A DNA stretch of 64,000 nucleotides from an uncultured Nitrososphaerales archaeon (GCA_963713605.1 CAVQMO010000010.1:1024001-1088000); one strand, 5' to 3'. Shown: positions 32,803 through 44,758, counted from the first letter of the stretch. The notes: generated by a model not told the origin, from the sequence alone. Numbers and translations: made by a program.

Positions 32803-32928
32803 ATAATCCAATCGTTAAGTTCATGATATATAATTGTGATGCCGCTTGGTTGTGTTGTCTATATTTCATAATCATTTACATTGAAAGATGGCAGGTGAGT
32901 CGAGAATTCTTTCGGGGGGGGCATGGCT

Positions 32929-33877
32929 TCAAGAAATCTTCTTGTTAATTTGTTCAAGAATATCCCTTGCGATATATGTGATCACTCTATCTGATCCCGC
33001 GCGTTTGACTGAGATCAACGTTTCAATTAACTCATCAAATCCGCCCCGTATTTGTCCCCCCACCTTCTCGCCGTTCAGAAGCATCAAATATTCTCCAGAC
33101 ACCACTTGAACTACCAATGGTACATCAATCATTTTTTTGACTTCGTACACTAAATCTAAATACCATAATGTCGGTTTGATCATCACCATATTCGCCCCTT
33201 CGTTGATATCTTGCTCAATTTCTCGAATGGCTTCTCTTCTATTAGAATATGGCAATTGATACGTTGATTTGTCAAATACCAGATTGTGAGTCTTACTCTT
33301 AGCGAAGGCAACCGATCTAAATGGACCATACAACGACGACGCATGTTTTGCTGAGTAGGACATTATTTTCACAGCTCCAAAACCACAAGAATCAAGGGAC
33401 TTCCTAATTGAATATACCTGCCCGTCCATCATGGATGAGGGTGCGACGCAATCGGCTCCACTATCTGCATGACTGATTGCTATTTTGTCAAGTAGTGCAA
33501 GCGATTTGAAATTATCGACGATATCATAAGTGTTGTCTGATATTCCGCAATGTCCTGAAAAATTGTACTGACATACACAGACATCGGTAATAACATTTAT
33601 AGTCGACCCAATGATCTCGTTTTATCTCTTTGGTAGCAATCTGAACTGCTCCAAATTTGTCTGCCGCTGAGGTTCCGTATTGATCTCTTTCAAAAGGCAG
33701 TCCGAATAGAAGGACGTCGGTGATTCCATTGTTAATCAGATCTTTCACAAGTAAACAGATCTCCTCATCCGAGGAGGCTAGTATCGGACCACCTTTTCGG
33801 ATGTCAAAAATGAGATGCTTCAAGCTCCTCGGATATACTAGAATAGGAATGATAAGGTCTGAGACCGTTAAGGACAC
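32929..33877 (-). CDS. hemB: Porphobilinogen synthase (frameshift near 33600)
   Basis: DVCVCQYNFSGHCG, APSSMMDG, MSYSAK, YQLP and MVMIKP. Confidence 0.92.
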
Positions 33878-34074
33878 TTAACTACATAATTTCGACTACC
33901 CGCTATAATATCATTTCATTCCAAGTACTGAGTTGTCCGAGTCATCAAACTCAAGGTCAATAAAAAAGAAGTGGATAACGAGTATTAAGGATTCGAATCC
34001 GCATGCATATTTCTCGTCGTATCTGCGTGCAAAATGTTAAATATCTGATACCTCGATTGCCCATCGAAGGGATC

Positions 34075-34970
34075 ATGTTGAGAATTACAATTGGAATCCC
34101 ATCCTACAATGAAGGAGCAAGAATTATATCATTAATTAGATCGGTGTATGAAAGTACGCTCAATGGCGATGAAGCATTGATTACTGAAGTAATAATTTGC
34201 GACCATTCCTCCGACTCGACTCCTCAGATCATAAGGACATTTATGTCTCAACACCGTTACATACCGATACATTTTGTGCATCATGATGAAAGAGGAGGTG
34301 CCGCTTCCGCATGGAATGAAATTTTTTCCTTAGCTACAGGTGACATCATAGTGCTATTTGACGCCGATGTCTTGCCCGACAAAGAATGTATAAGTGAACT
34401 TGCGTCATGCATGGAGAATAACAAAGTAGAATTATGTGCATCTAACCCCATTTGCCTAAAACCAGGTTCCTCAGCCGCAAGAGCAGCTTCTTTCATCTCA
34501 AGTTGGTTAGAAACTATCAGAAAGCGTGGAGTCTCCCAATACACTGTTATGGGAAGATCGCTTTCTATACGTACTGACTTGGCCAAAAGGATTATCATTC
34601 CTAAAGAAACGATTGCAATCGACTTGTATCTGCAATGCAGAATTTTAGAAATGGGGTATCGCATCCTTTACAGAGAAAAAGCCAGGGTGTATTTCACACC
34701 ACCATCTACTATGAGGGACTTTGCATCCCAGGTCTTGAGGTCTAGGAATGGCCACAGACAAATATCCACTCAGGTAAGAGGGCGTAGGAATCAGTGCTTC
34801 GCCGTGGTCAGTTTTTACGGTGTCTATAAAGACTGCTTATGGCAATCCAACTAATGCTTTTTTTATGCTCCTATGTTCAAGCCTTCTCCCTTTCTATAGT
34901 TCGAGACTTCCTGGAGACTAATTCATACAAATGGACAATTGCGACCTCCACAAAAAGCCAGGCTGGATGA
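34075..34970 (+). CDS. Glycosyltransferase family 2 (C-terminal frameshift)
   Basis: IGIPSYNE, ICDHSSDST, IVLFDADV and QVLRSRNG; ends WTIATSTKSQAG*. Confidence 0.85.
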
Positions 34971-35131
34971 CTAAGTAGCAATTTTCCTTCATTCAGAATT
35001 GCCTTTCCCGACTTAAAGTTCTAAAACGAAGTAACAAAATTTCGTAGCATATAAATACTTTCCATAATAAAAACCATCTGGGTTGGAGCACCAGCGAGAT
35101 AGTAATCAGAGTTACCTATGTATTCCGCACC

Positions 35132-35690
35132 ATGCGAGCCTTGATATGGCTCTGGAAAAATGGAAGGGCTCCCAGAGACCTAAGAGGAGTGTACTTTGTG
35201 ACTGCAACGTTTACAGAAGAAACCAGGCTTTACTTTCCCGGCAGAGCAAATCATTATATCTTAATTTCCAATCTAGGTCAGCAAGACAAGGAGAATACAA
35301 CGGAAATAATTTCCACCCAATGAGAGACACGTATTTGAGTTCAAGATAACGACTACTCTCTTCGAAAGACTATGCGAGCGACTTAACTATGTTTCCATTT
35401 ATTTCATGAGGTACACATACGGGCAGAAAGAATTGATTGACCTGGCCAGTTCGATGGCCAAAAGAGACAGGGTAACAAAGGCCGCACTGGCGGAAATGAC
35501 AGTATCCTGTTCAATGAAGCCTAAATTTAGCTTTCCCTATTCAAGGAATCTATTGATTCTTGAGGTTGATGGTGGTCGTACTCATCAGAGCGATCAGCGG
35601 TATTGTGAAAGAACTAGAAGAGATGCAATCCGAAAGGGAATGTCCCTTTCTAACTTGTTTAGTTTTTCCATTCTAGAGGAATTTGAGTAA
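35132..35690 (+). CDS. Hypothetical protein (probably one gene split by indels)
   Basis: Adjacent same-strand ORFs 35132-35323 and 35406-35690 with coding-like sequence between them. Confidence 0.45.
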
Positions 35691-35743
35691 CTTAAGCAGA
35701 AATATTAAATATATCCCATCAGGTTCCTGATACCTGATCGACA

Positions 35744-36136
35744 TTGAGTAAGCCAATGGAATTAGGTAGCCTAAAAGTAGGATCCTATATAATAATCGAC
35801 GATGAACCCTGCAGAATAGTATCATACGACCATAGTAAACCTGGCAAGCACGGGTCCGCTAAGGCTCGAATCTCAGCGATTGGCGTTTTCGATGGTTCTA
35901 AACACAGTATGGTTTCCCCGGTATCTGCTAACGTTGAGGTGCCACTTATTGACAAACGAAGCGGTCAAATCATATCAATGTCTGGCCAGTCGCTACAAAT
36001 TATGGACCTTGAAACCTTTGAAGTATTCGAGACTGATGCCGCTGATGATGAAATGAAGGACAAAATCAGGCAAGGTGGCGAGGTTGAATACTGGAGAGTG
36101 CTGGAACGAATTAAAGTCGTGCGAGCGAAAGGTTAG
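35744..36136 (+). CDS. eif5a: Translation factor aIF-5A
   Basis: Hypusine motif SKPGKHGSAK. Confidence 0.97.
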   Translation: MSKPMELGSLKVGSYIIIDDEPCRIVSYDHSKPGKHGSAKARISAIGVFDGSKHSMVSPVSANVEVPLIDKRSGQIISMSGQSLQIMDLETFEVFETDAADDEMKDKIRQGGEVEYWRVLERIKVVRAKG

Positions 36137-36364
36137 AACGGACAGAGAGGTAATTCCTTGATGCGGGTATGCCCTTATTCCCAAGTACTTGAGTTCGAAA
36201 GTATGTTCTGCAAACCACCTAGATCAAACTAAATTTCTTGGAAACATTCAAATGACCTAATTCAAACACTTGCGTAATTCGACTCAAAAGGCACATGGTA
36301 AAGATCTCAACAATGAAGATGAAGCGCATCTATTACACGGTGTACATTCAAATTAAGATGACTT

Positions 36365-36710
36365 TCATATCGCCGCTTCACCTCTGGATTTTGACCCTAT
36401 GTCTACGGCATCATCTACATCGTATATGAATATCTTTCCTTCTCCCTTAAGTCCAGGTACTACAATTCTCCAGTACAGTGTTAACTATGCTTTCTACGGT
36501 TGATCTTGAGCCACGACTACCAATGTAGCGTTGAGATTGAATTCTGGGGTATAGGTGGACGTACCTCTCCCAGAATGTAATATCGGACGTGGGTTCTGCC
36601 CCCTACCCCTGGACTCGTAGTACGTGAGGCCTCCCAATCCCATATCCATTAGCGCCAGAGAGCACAAGTTCCAAACGTGCGTATGGCATTACTGCCTCTA
36701 TCTTTTTCAT
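36365..36710 (-). CDS. Second P-II family protein (frameshifted; missed by the ORF track)
   Basis: MKKIEAVMP..GLGGLTYYESRGRG..GRGTSTYTPEF..GLKGEGKIFIYDVDDAVDIGSKSRGEAAI*. Confidence 0.85.
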
Positions 36711-36850
36711 AGATGGGGTCAACTAAACAATGACCTTTTATTAAAGTATTATGAGATTAGATTATGAAGGAAATTTAGAAATGACAACCTATTTGAAATC
36801 ATCAGTTAATTTGGCGCACCAAACACAAAAGGAAAACGTCGACTACAAAT

Positions 36851-37048
36851 TTGCTTTTTAAGAGAAATAAGTGCGAAGAATGTGGTAGATCCTTCAGAAA
36901 AATCGAAGAGTTAATGCAGCACCAACAAACCGTGCATGGAAAAGACAAATCTTATAGATGTAATTCATGCGGACTTGAATATTTTGGGATGGAACAGATG
37001 CGGGCTCACATCATGAAATTTCATCGCTACAACAATAGGAGAGTGTAA
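36851..37048 (+). CDS. Two-finger C2H2 zinc-finger protein
   Basis: CEECGRSF..L.QHQQTVH and CNSCG..MRAHIMKFH. Confidence 0.85.
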   Translation: MLFKRNKCEECGRSFRKIEELMQHQQTVHGKDKSYRCNSCGLEYFGMEQMRAHIMKFHRYNNRRV

Positions 37049-37168
37049 TGGTTAGATCATGAGGTTGCAGAATGAAAAAACTGAAGGGAAAATATCCATA
37101 GAAGATTTATGTGTCATTTTTTGTTAAAGTAACAAACAATAAAATATTCGAAAGCTAGAAATCGGTTG

Positions 37169-37442
37169 ATGTCTAAAACTTGCATAAAGTGTGGAAAGGA
37201 TTTTGATGACTCCTCTATTACAGACCAGATTCTCCCAGAAGTATCCTTCATGTCCGACTTGTTGGGCCGAATGGAGCACTTATTCCGTGATGGTAATCAA
37301 CGAACTGAGGCTTGATATGTCTCTTCCCGAACATAGAAAAGCGTTACGCAAGCATGAAAGAATGTTCTTTGGATTGGAAAAGCCCGAGGAATTGCAAAAA
37401 AATCCAGACAGTAGGGGACAGGACAATTCAACGCAACACTAG
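37169..37442 (+). CDS. YggX-like Fe(II)-trafficking protein (indel near 37235)
   Basis: MSKTCIKCG..CPTCWAEW..MVINELRLDMS.PEHRKAL...FF matches the YggX W..W...MLINE..L...EHR pattern. Confidence 0.75.
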
Positions 37443-37475
37443 TGCTGAGCGTACTTTCTTAGGCAAACTGAGCAT

Positions 37476-37874
37476 TTATCTACCTAGAGGTTGATTGAAT
37501 ACCACTTTAACAAGACAATCACGAAGGATAATCCTTTGATTTTCTTCTAACGATTGATAGGGTTCAAAGAGAACCATCAAAGCTAGTTCCTTTTCGCATA
37601 ATCTTTTATAAAAGGCAGCAAATACTGTCAAGATTATATTGCTCTCTAGCCTTGACACTTCAAGCTAGGTTCAAATTACCTTCATCAAGGGATCCTTTTC
37701 TGCTAAGGAAACACCGATTAATATCGAGTCCATAAATTCTTCCCGTGCACTTGGATCCTTGGCACAAAGTTCCTGAAGTCGGCTTTTCATCATCGACTCA
37801 CCTAAAAATTCAGGAATCTTCGACAATATTAGAACAATATTCTCGGTAGGGTATTGTTGTAATTCATCATGCAT
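37476..37874 (-). CDS. Hypothetical protein (frameshifted)
   Basis: Two adjacent minus-strand ORFs. Confidence 0.45.
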
Positions 37875-37973
37875 ATTTTAGTAATTTAGAAATCTTGCTT
37901 ATTAATGTAAGATGGTATTTCGCACAACAGTGCCATTTGCTTAAAATATCTGAGATCCTATCTATGAGACGGG

Positions 37974-38972
37974 ATGCCGTGCACAGTTATAGTAGGTGGA
38001 TTTTTCGGCGATGAAGGAAAAGGGAAAATTGTTGCATATCTAGCTAGGAAAGATAAAGCCGATATAGCAGTTCGAGGCGGTGTGGGACCCAACGCCGGAC
38101 ATACGGTAGTTTTCCATGGAAAAGAACTTAAGACTAGAATGCTACCCAGTGCGCTGGTAAGCAATCAAACCAGACTTATGATTGGCCCAGGAGTTCTTAT
38201 TAACGTGAACGTCCTCCTTGAAGAAATCAAAAATTTCAATACAAAAGATAGAACTTTTGTTGATCCTCAGTGTGGCATAATAGATAGTACCCACATTGAC
38301 AAGGATGCCCCCGATCCAAATCTAAATAGGATAGGAACAACTGGAACTGGAACAGGGCCTGCAAATGCTGACAGGGCTTTGCGCAAAGCCTTTCTTGCAA
38401 GGGATTCATCAGAGCTATCGGAATATTTACAGGACATACCTACTATCGTAAATAGTTCAATCGACAGTGATAAGACTGTTCTAGTTGAAGGTACACAAGG
38501 TACATTCCTCTCACTTTACCATGGGACATACCCTTACGTGACCTCAAAGGATGTGACGGCATCTGCTATATGTTCCGATGTTGGAATTGGACCAAAAAAA
38601 GTCAGTGAGGTAATGGCAGTGTTTAAGGCATATGTTACAAGAGTGGGATCAGGTCCCCTAGAGGGTGAACTAGGGCAAGAAGAAACTACTTCAAAAGGAT
38701 GGACTGAATATGGTAGTGTCACGGGACGATTGAGGAGAGCCTCACCTTTTAACTTTGAGTTGGCCAGGCGTTCGATAATGTTGAACAGCGCCACACAGGT
38801 TGCATTGACAAAACTCGATATTGTTTTTCCTTCTGACGCCGGAAAAAGGGAGTTCAATAATCTGTCCCATGATGCCAAAAGGTTTGTTAATAATATAGAA
38901 AAAGAAATAGGCCTAAAAGTGACAGTAATAGGAACCGGGCAAGAACTTGACGACATAATAGATTGCAGGTAA
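37974..38972 (+). CDS. purA: Adenylosuccinate synthetase
   Basis: GDEGKGK, GPNAGHT, EGTQG and GTYPYVTS. Confidence 0.97.
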   Translation: MPCTVIVGGFFGDEGKGKIVAYLARKDKADIAVRGGVGPNAGHTVVFHGKELKTRMLPSALVSNQTRLMIGPGVLINVNVLLEEIKNFNTKDRTFVDPQCGIIDSTHIDKDAPDPNLNRIGTTGTGTGPANADRALRKAFLARDSSELSEYLQDIPTIVNSSIDSDKTVLVEGTQGTFLSLYHGTYPYVTSKDVTASAICSDVGIGPKKVSEVMAVFKAYVTRVGSGPLEGELGQEETTSKGWTEYGSVTGRLRRASPFNFELARRSIMLNSATQVALTKLDIVFPSDAGKREFNNLSHDAKRFVNNIEKEIGLKVTVIGTGQELDDIIDCR

Positions 38973-39317
38973 TAGTTCAATCCAAATTTCTCCAGTTGAG
39001 TGTTCAAATTGGTTCGTTAAAAATCCGTGTTAGTTATATTCTCCCAAGAATCTATATCAGGACGCGTAGGCCCGGGTACCGATTTTGCATTTAATTCAGA
39101 GGGTGAGAGAAGACGCTTAACTATCCCAGTAAATTTCTAGTATTCATCTCCTCTAATCAATAAGAATGTTATCTACCTACACTTTGTCGTGCCATGCTGT
39201 CGTAAGGCTCCCACCGAGCAAATACAGAATGCCTCATCCTACCGTTTTCAATATCGCAGTATGAAAGCATCGTTTATCTTTTTCACATGCTTTTAATAGG
39301 CTCTCTGATGAATCTAT

Positions 39318-40022
39318 TTGAAATTGCGGATAAAATCTCCATGGTATGTTCAACTTTCTGGATTGAAGGACTTTGGCAGGCTTGTTTGTGCGCTGGAACG
39401 TGTACCTCTCCCGTCCTTTGCCCTTTCGTTGAATGGATCTTCGGCCTTGGCAGTTCAGGTCGATTTTGTGAATGGGAGACCTGTCATCTTCTTCGTGAAG
39501 AATGAGTTTGAGAGAGTTGGGGAGTATTTGGCGTATCGAATTGTAGGTGAAGTTGAAGAGATAACCCTCGTCGATTATGTTTCAAATCCCACCTTTGTCT
39601 ATTCTCCAATTGTAAGGATCGATAAATCTCCCAAGAGTTTTTCGAGATCAAGCAAGGTCACATCTACATTTGAGTATATAGCCATCAGGCTGATGGATCT
39701 TGCAAGTTTGGCCAAGGTGTGTGCCTACAAGACCATCTATGAAGAACCACCATTACCCCTTTTGGTATTTGAACAAAAAATCGAAAATGATATAAAGTAT
39801 ATCATAGGAGCACCAATGAGCGTGAGTGAGAGCGACACATTCTCTTATTTTTATTATGTAGTTTTGGATGAAAGTCCAGCCGCATCTTTCCTAAGATATT
39901 CAAGCCAGAAATCCGAAGCTACCTCATTTTACAATAGGATTGATGAGCATGGCTATATATATCTCAAGTTGATACGACTTGCGAAACCACACCCATTAGT
40001 GAGATCCCTTGAGTTTAAGTGA
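39318..40022 (+). CDS. Hypothetical protein
   Basis: 234-aa ORF overlapping the pyrF start. Confidence 0.7.
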   Translation: MKLRIKSPWYVQLSGLKDFGRLVCALERVPLPSFALSLNGSSALAVQVDFVNGRPVIFFVKNEFERVGEYLAYRIVGEVEEITLVDYVSNPTFVYSPIVRIDKSPKSFSRSSKVTSTFEYIAIRLMDLASLAKVCAYKTIYEEPPLPLLVFEQKIENDIKYIIGAPMSVSESDTFSYFYYVVLDESPAASFLRYSSQKSEATSFYNRIDEHGYIYLKLIRLAKPHPLVRSLEFK

Positions 40023-40770
40023 TGATTTCTCCTCTCGAATTTTGAGATCTTCCAAGAGAAAGCAAAGCAACATTATCTTGGCCCTCGATCCCGTCCGAAA
40101 AAATGACCTATCCAAATATTTGTATGAAACAATCAGTCTCCTAGAATCTGGTCTTTGCGCTATCAAATTCAACCTTCACGTAATCGTACCTCTCGGTCAA
40201 GATGAAATAACTGAAATTATACAAATGTGCCATTCATATGGCATGCAAGTAATAGCCGACATTAAACTTAATGATATTCCTTCGACCAATGAGATAGCCT
40301 TAGAATGCCTAATTGAAGAGGGTTTTGACGCAGTAATAGCGAATCCCATTATCGGTAGATTGGAGATAATTGAATTAGCAAAAAAAGCCCACTTATTAGG
40401 AGCAGGCATTTTGGCGCTAATCTACATGAGTCATCCTGGAGCCTCCCAAACATATGGAATCCGGGTTTATGATAAGACTGAAGAGAATGGAAATAGAATG
40501 GTGCCACTATATAGAATGCTTTTAAAGTATGCCAAAGAGGCAAGGGTTGATGGATTGGTGGTAGGAGCTACAAAGCCCAATGTAATCAAGGAAGTTGCAT
40601 CAGCAATGGCGGCACCGATTTTCTCTCCCGGCTTAGGACGTCAGGGAGGATGCATAACGGACGCCTCGAAGTATGGGATAGATTATTTTATCATTGGGAG
40701 AAACATAATTCAGAGTGCAGAACCATTGAAGACTCTGGGTTTACTTAAGGACAGCCTGAGAAAATGTTAG
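40009..40770 (+). CDS. pyrF: Orotidine-5'-phosphate decarboxylase
   Basis: ILALD, ADIKLNDIPST, SPGLGRQGG and IIGRNI. Confidence 0.95.
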   Translation: MSLSDDFSSRILRSSKRKQSNIILALDPVRKNDLSKYLYETISLLESGLCAIKFNLHVIVPLGQDEITEIIQMCHSYGMQVIADIKLNDIPSTNEIALECLIEEGFDAVIANPIIGRLEIIELAKKAHLLGAGILALIYMSHPGASQTYGIRVYDKTEENGNRMVPLYRMLLKYAKEARVDGLVVGATKPNVIKEVASAMAAPIFSPGLGRQGGCITDASKYGIDYFIIGRNIIQSAEPLKTLGLLKDSLRKC

Positions 40771-40778
40771 GGCTACAT

Positions 40779-41207
40779 TCATAATGTCTGCTTGCCATTG
40801 ACAAACTCGTTTGCTGAGATGAGAATATCTCTTGCCGATCTGTATGTTAAAGTCGCTAAAGCTGAAGGAAAATCTACCCATAGAAAATCCTGGTGTTCAT
40901 TTGAGAGCCTAATATTACTGGTTGGTGTTTGGGCAAGGTAAAAGCTGACCTTCTTTTGTACCAATTTCCCATCTCGTCTATAATTATAAAATATTGCTTG
41001 GACAAATCCTTCCAAGAATCTCACGTCGGTTATTCCAGTCTCTTCGAAAATTTCCCTAATGACAGCTTCTACTTCAGTCTCCCCTGCTTCGACATTTCCT
41101 TTTGGGAAGTCCCAATGACCTGAAGCATAATGTAGCAACAAATACTTTCTTTCATCGCTTGCGAAATATCCAAAAAGAACTGCTCCTGCTGAATGCTCCT
41201 TAATCAT
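40779..41207 (-). CDS. Nudix hydrolase (Ap4A hydrolase-like)
   Basis: HWDFPKGNVEAGETEVEAVIREIFEETG Nudix box; LSNEH. Confidence 0.92.
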   Translation of the reverse strand: MIKEHSAGAVLFGYFASDERKYLLLHYASGHWDFPKGNVEAGETEVEAVIREIFEETGITDVRFLEGFVQAIFYNYRRDGKLVQKKVSFYLAQTPTSNIRLSNEHQDFLWVDFPSALATLTYRSARDILISANEFVNGKQTL

Positions 41208-41391
41208 TTTTTAGAACGTCCATAAACAGCTAAAGTTCAGTGTCAGTCTCAGTCTCTGTCCACAGAAGTACCTCCGATTATGAAGCAAATCCATTCTTCG
41301 CCTACGATAACTTCCATCGGGCAAGTTGGAATCGATGCAGCATTTATCCACAAAATTATAAATCACCGGGTGATACAAATTGCATAATTTT

Positions 41392-42201
41392 CTAAAGACC
41401 GTATTTTCTGACTCTGTTCTGATAAATTCTAATTGCTCGCATAAAATCAATTTTCCTGAACTGAGGCCAGAAAACATCCATAAATACGATCTCGCTGTAT
41501 GCGCTCTGCCATAACAGGAAACCACTGAGGCGCTTTTCTCCAGACGTCCGTAGAACAAGATCAGGCTCCGGTTGTGGTAAATGGGAAGTATAGAGGCACG
41601 ATTCAATGGTTTTTTCATTGATATCCTCCACCCTAATATCCCCCGTGACGGCCATAGCAGCTATTCGCCTGATCGCATCAATAAGTTCCTTTTGTCCCCC
41701 GTAGGCCACTGCTATATTTAAAAACATTGAGTCATATTCACAGGTTGCTTTTTCTAACTCGAATAGAATCTTTTGTAGCTTAGGCGGCACCAACTTTACA
41801 TTCCCAATTGCCTTTATCTTCATTCTTCTTTTATGAATACGCGAATCATTGTAAAGCCTTTGTAGTTTTATATGTAGAAGATCATAAATATTGTTGATTT
41901 CTTCATCATTTCTATTGAGGTTTTCCGTTGAGAGAATGTACAGGGTCGTAATCCGAATCCCAATGTCATGGATCCAATTGAGAAGCTCTTCGGCTTTGTC
42001 CGCGCCCACAAAATGTCCTTCATCTACATTTAGGAGATTTAGTCTCGCCCAACGTCTGTTTCCGTCTAGAATAATAGCGACGTGATTTGGTAACGGATTA
42101 TGTAGGATGTGTGATTGTAGTTTCCTCTCATAATATCGGTATAGCCCACTCAGTTGGAGAAGAGTTTCAGCAAATGCCTTCCCGTTCTCAATTGTCTGCA
42201 T
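41392..42201 (-). CDS. uppS: cis-prenyl (polyprenyl) diphosphate synthase
   Basis: HVAIILDGNRRWA, STENLNR and RTSGEKRLSGFLLWQ. Confidence 0.96.
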   Translation of the reverse strand: MQTIENGKAFAETLLQLSGLYRYYERKLQSHILHNPLPNHVAIILDGNRRWARLNLLNVDEGHFVGADKAEELLNWIHDIGIRITTLYILSTENLNRNDEEINNIYDLLHIKLQRLYNDSRIHKRRMKIKAIGNVKLVPPKLQKILFELEKATCEYDSMFLNIAVAYGGQKELIDAIRRIAAMAVTGDIRVEDINEKTIESCLYTSHLPQPEPDLVLRTSGEKRLSGFLLWQSAYSEIVFMDVFWPQFRKIDFMRAIRIYQNRVRKYGL

Positions 42202-42313
42202 TGGAGCCTATCCAAGTTAGCGAAAGCCACATCTGCGATTTTATTGTTTGGACCTAATTTAGGATCAGTTAGCTTAGTGTTTCAGAACTTCTCCGCCCTT
42301 GCGATTTTTAAAG

Positions 42314-43456
42314 TCACTGTAACAAAAATGTAGCCGCAACAAGCGTAACTGCTAAACCAATCAGGATAGACGATATTAGACTGAAGGGATTTGCTCTCTC
42401 AGTAAGAATCGAAGTGAACTGAAGGACTGGAATATAAAGCAACGCTAGGACTACCAATCGGAGAATATCTGACATCGCCTTGATACTACCTTTGAACCAA
42501 TTGCTGAGCAGCGAACCAACAAATATAGTTGCAATACCAATCCACAGGAGTGTAATTGTGCCTTGGATAAAAGACCCGACTATCAGTCTATTCGTAAGTA
42601 TTGCGGTAAGGCCGGAATTAGGTTCGATGAGATTAGCGGGAATATTTGAAAATCCATTGACTATCGCAACCAAAATTATCAGTATTCCTGAGAAAACCGA
42701 AAATATTCTAATAAAACCAGAAGGTGTAGGCCTACCTAACGATCCGATTGCTTTATCTAAATCAAAGGCTCGCATAATAAAGGCAATGCCAAGAATGCTT
42801 AAGGCAAGGGCAACTGCTTCCTTGGTAAGCCCGAAAACAGTAGCGATCCCTGTCGCAACCAACAATGCTCCGGGAACACCCAAGAAGAATTTGGAGTATC
42901 TTGGATCATATACTAGCATTTTTACATATCTGCCTAGAACAGCATAGGAATACTCCACACTCCGGCTATGCTTTATTATTATCCGTTGGAGTGAAATAAT
43001 AGGCACTAGTGTTTGCAAAACAGGGATTACTGATTCATCATCTTCCCCGTCAGATACCAAAACAACCGCATCCGCTTGGTACGAATTGATAATTAGTTGA
43101 ACTTCTGAATAGATTTTTTCATCAGCCTCTATTCCTCTTTCATATCTTCCAGCAACCAATGCGACCTCAGCATTATGTCCTTTAGAAATCAACTCTTCAT
43201 ATGTTTTCACTGCTCCAAAGATTGCATTTGCATCAGGATCTTCTGGGTCCTCGATGGCCAAGCGTATCCCTGCATTTATGCATGAACTTCGTCCGACGAT
43301 AGGCGTCTGCAGTCCTCCCTTAGAGCCTATATCGTCATCTCTATCAACACAAAGGACAAGAATCTTGTTATGTGATGCAGGTTTCTTTATGATTTCCTCT
43401 GAGGATGAAAGTAGGCTCTTTCGATATCCTTTACTCTTACCGATCACATCTGACAA
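42314..43456 (-). CDS. DUF373 family membrane protein
   Basis: LVLCVDRDDDIG.K, DPEDPDANAIF and VSDGEDDE, followed by multiple TM helices. Confidence 0.88.
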   Translation of the reverse strand: MSDVIGKSKGYRKSLLSSSEEIIKKPASHNKILVLCVDRDDDIGSKGGLQTPIVGRSSCINAGIRLAIEDPEDPDANAIFGAVKTYEELISKGHNAEVALVAGRYERGIEADEKIYSEVQLIINSYQADAVVLVSDGEDDESVIPVLQTLVPIISLQRIIIKHSRSVEYSYAVLGRYVKMLVYDPRYSKFFLGVPGALLVATGIATVFGLTKEAVALALSILGIAFIMRAFDLDKAIGSLGRPTPSGFIRIFSVFSGILIILVAIVNGFSNIPANLIEPNSGLTAILTNRLIVGSFIQGTITLLWIGIATIFVGSLLSNWFKGSIKAMSDILRLVVLALLYIPVLQFTSILTERANPFSLISSILIGLAVTLVAATFLLQ

Positions 43457-43636
43457 TTCGAGGGCACGTACAGATTACAAGAATGTTGAACCTCCTAATT
43501 AATCTGATCAAGAAGAGATTTGAGAAAAAAACATTTAACCGTGAAAAGAAAAAAATCGATGACGTTGATTTCTACATTATATGATCAAACTGCTTCATTC
43601 AAAGACGATAATTGATTTATTAACGTGTGACTTTAC

Positions 43637-43969
43637 ATGAAGTCGATGCGCGGAGATATCCAAATCTATGCCGCCAGAATGACAAAATACAGTGACTCTT
43701 TAATGATAAATGTCTGCGATGCAGATCTAGTTGGTAAAACATTGAATCAAGGAGAAATGGTCATTTCCCTATCGCTAGACTATTTTCAGGAAGAAATAAT
43801 TGAAAAGGAGAAAGCTGCTGACCTTCTGAATAAGTGCTCGATTGCTAATCTTGTTGGTGAGAAGATTGTCGCATTGGCCATCTCTATGGGACTAGCAAAA
43901 GAGGTTAGTGTGAAACGAATCTGCGGCGTCCCTTTCTTAATGATTTTTAAGTTCTGCCAGACATCGTGA
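43637..43969 (+). CDS. DUF424 family protein
   Basis: NVCDADLVGK..ANLVGEKIV..ICGVP. Confidence 0.85.
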   Translation: MKSMRGDIQIYAARMTKYSDSLMINVCDADLVGKTLNQGEMVISLSLDYFQEEIIEKEKAADLLNKCSIANLVGEKIVALAISMGLAKEVSVKRICGVPFLMIFKFCQTS

Positions 43970-44082
43970 TTCGCATAAAACTAGTTGATGGTATTGTTGT
44001 TGTTCGACTTTTTTTGAATTTTCAAAGCTGTTACTTTAATATATCTAACTTATTCCAATGAAGGAACAGGGACGTACCAGGA

Positions 44083-44715
44083 TTGAGTGTGGAAGATAAC
44101 TTGAGAGCGTCTAAACATGGGGCAGAAGTCTCCCAACAGTTCATCAAGATTCCAGGAGAAAGGATAGGGGTTCTGATAGGCAAGAAAGGTGCAGTAGTAG
44201 AGAGAATAAAACAGGAATGTAGCGTAAACGTTGAGATTGAGAGCGAGACCGGAAACGTGATTGTTAGATACGATTCCATGTCTCTACTTGAAGGACATCC
44301 TTTCAAAGCGCTGGAGATAATCTCTGCCATTGCCAGAGGCTTTTCACCAGAGAGGGCATTCAAATTGCTCCATGAAGATGTTGTTTTTCAACTGCTTGAT
44401 ATGAGGGACTATGTAGGGAACTCGCAGAGTTCATTGATGAGATTAAAGGGCAGAATAATCGGTGAACGAGGAAAGTCCAGGCGCACCATCGAAGAGCTAA
44501 GTGGGGCCGATCTTTCAGTCTACGGACACACCGTTGGCTTTATTGGGATTTTTGAGGCCATTAAGGTAGCAGTTGAGGCGATAATTCTATTGACGAAAGG
44601 AAGTTCTCACAGGAGTGTTTATGCAATGTTGCAGAACTACAGACGCAAACTAAAACAAGAAAAGATATCCCTCTGGGAGGGACAGTTAACCATGGGTAAA
44701 CAAAAATTAGGTTAG
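44083..44715 (+). CDS. KH-domain rRNA-processing protein (Dim2/Pno1)
   Basis: RIGVLIGKKG, AIARGFSPERA and RLKGRIIGERGKSRRTIEELSG. Confidence 0.92.
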   Translation: MSVEDNLRASKHGAEVSQQFIKIPGERIGVLIGKKGAVVERIKQECSVNVEIESETGNVIVRYDSMSLLEGHPFKALEIISAIARGFSPERAFKLLHEDVVFQLLDMRDYVGNSQSSLMRLKGRIIGERGKSRRTIEELSGADLSVYGHTVGFIGIFEAIKVAVEAIILLTKGSSHRSVYAMLQNYRRKLKQEKISLWEGQLTMGKQKLG

Positions 44716-44758
44716 GACTTCACCATTATGAATGAAGCCATTATTCCGCTTCTGATGA

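Noticed and set aside
23379..33877. Programmed frameshifting in prs, hemB and the cyclase
   Set aside because: Indels are scattered across many unrelated genes with no consistent slippery site; sequencing error is simpler.
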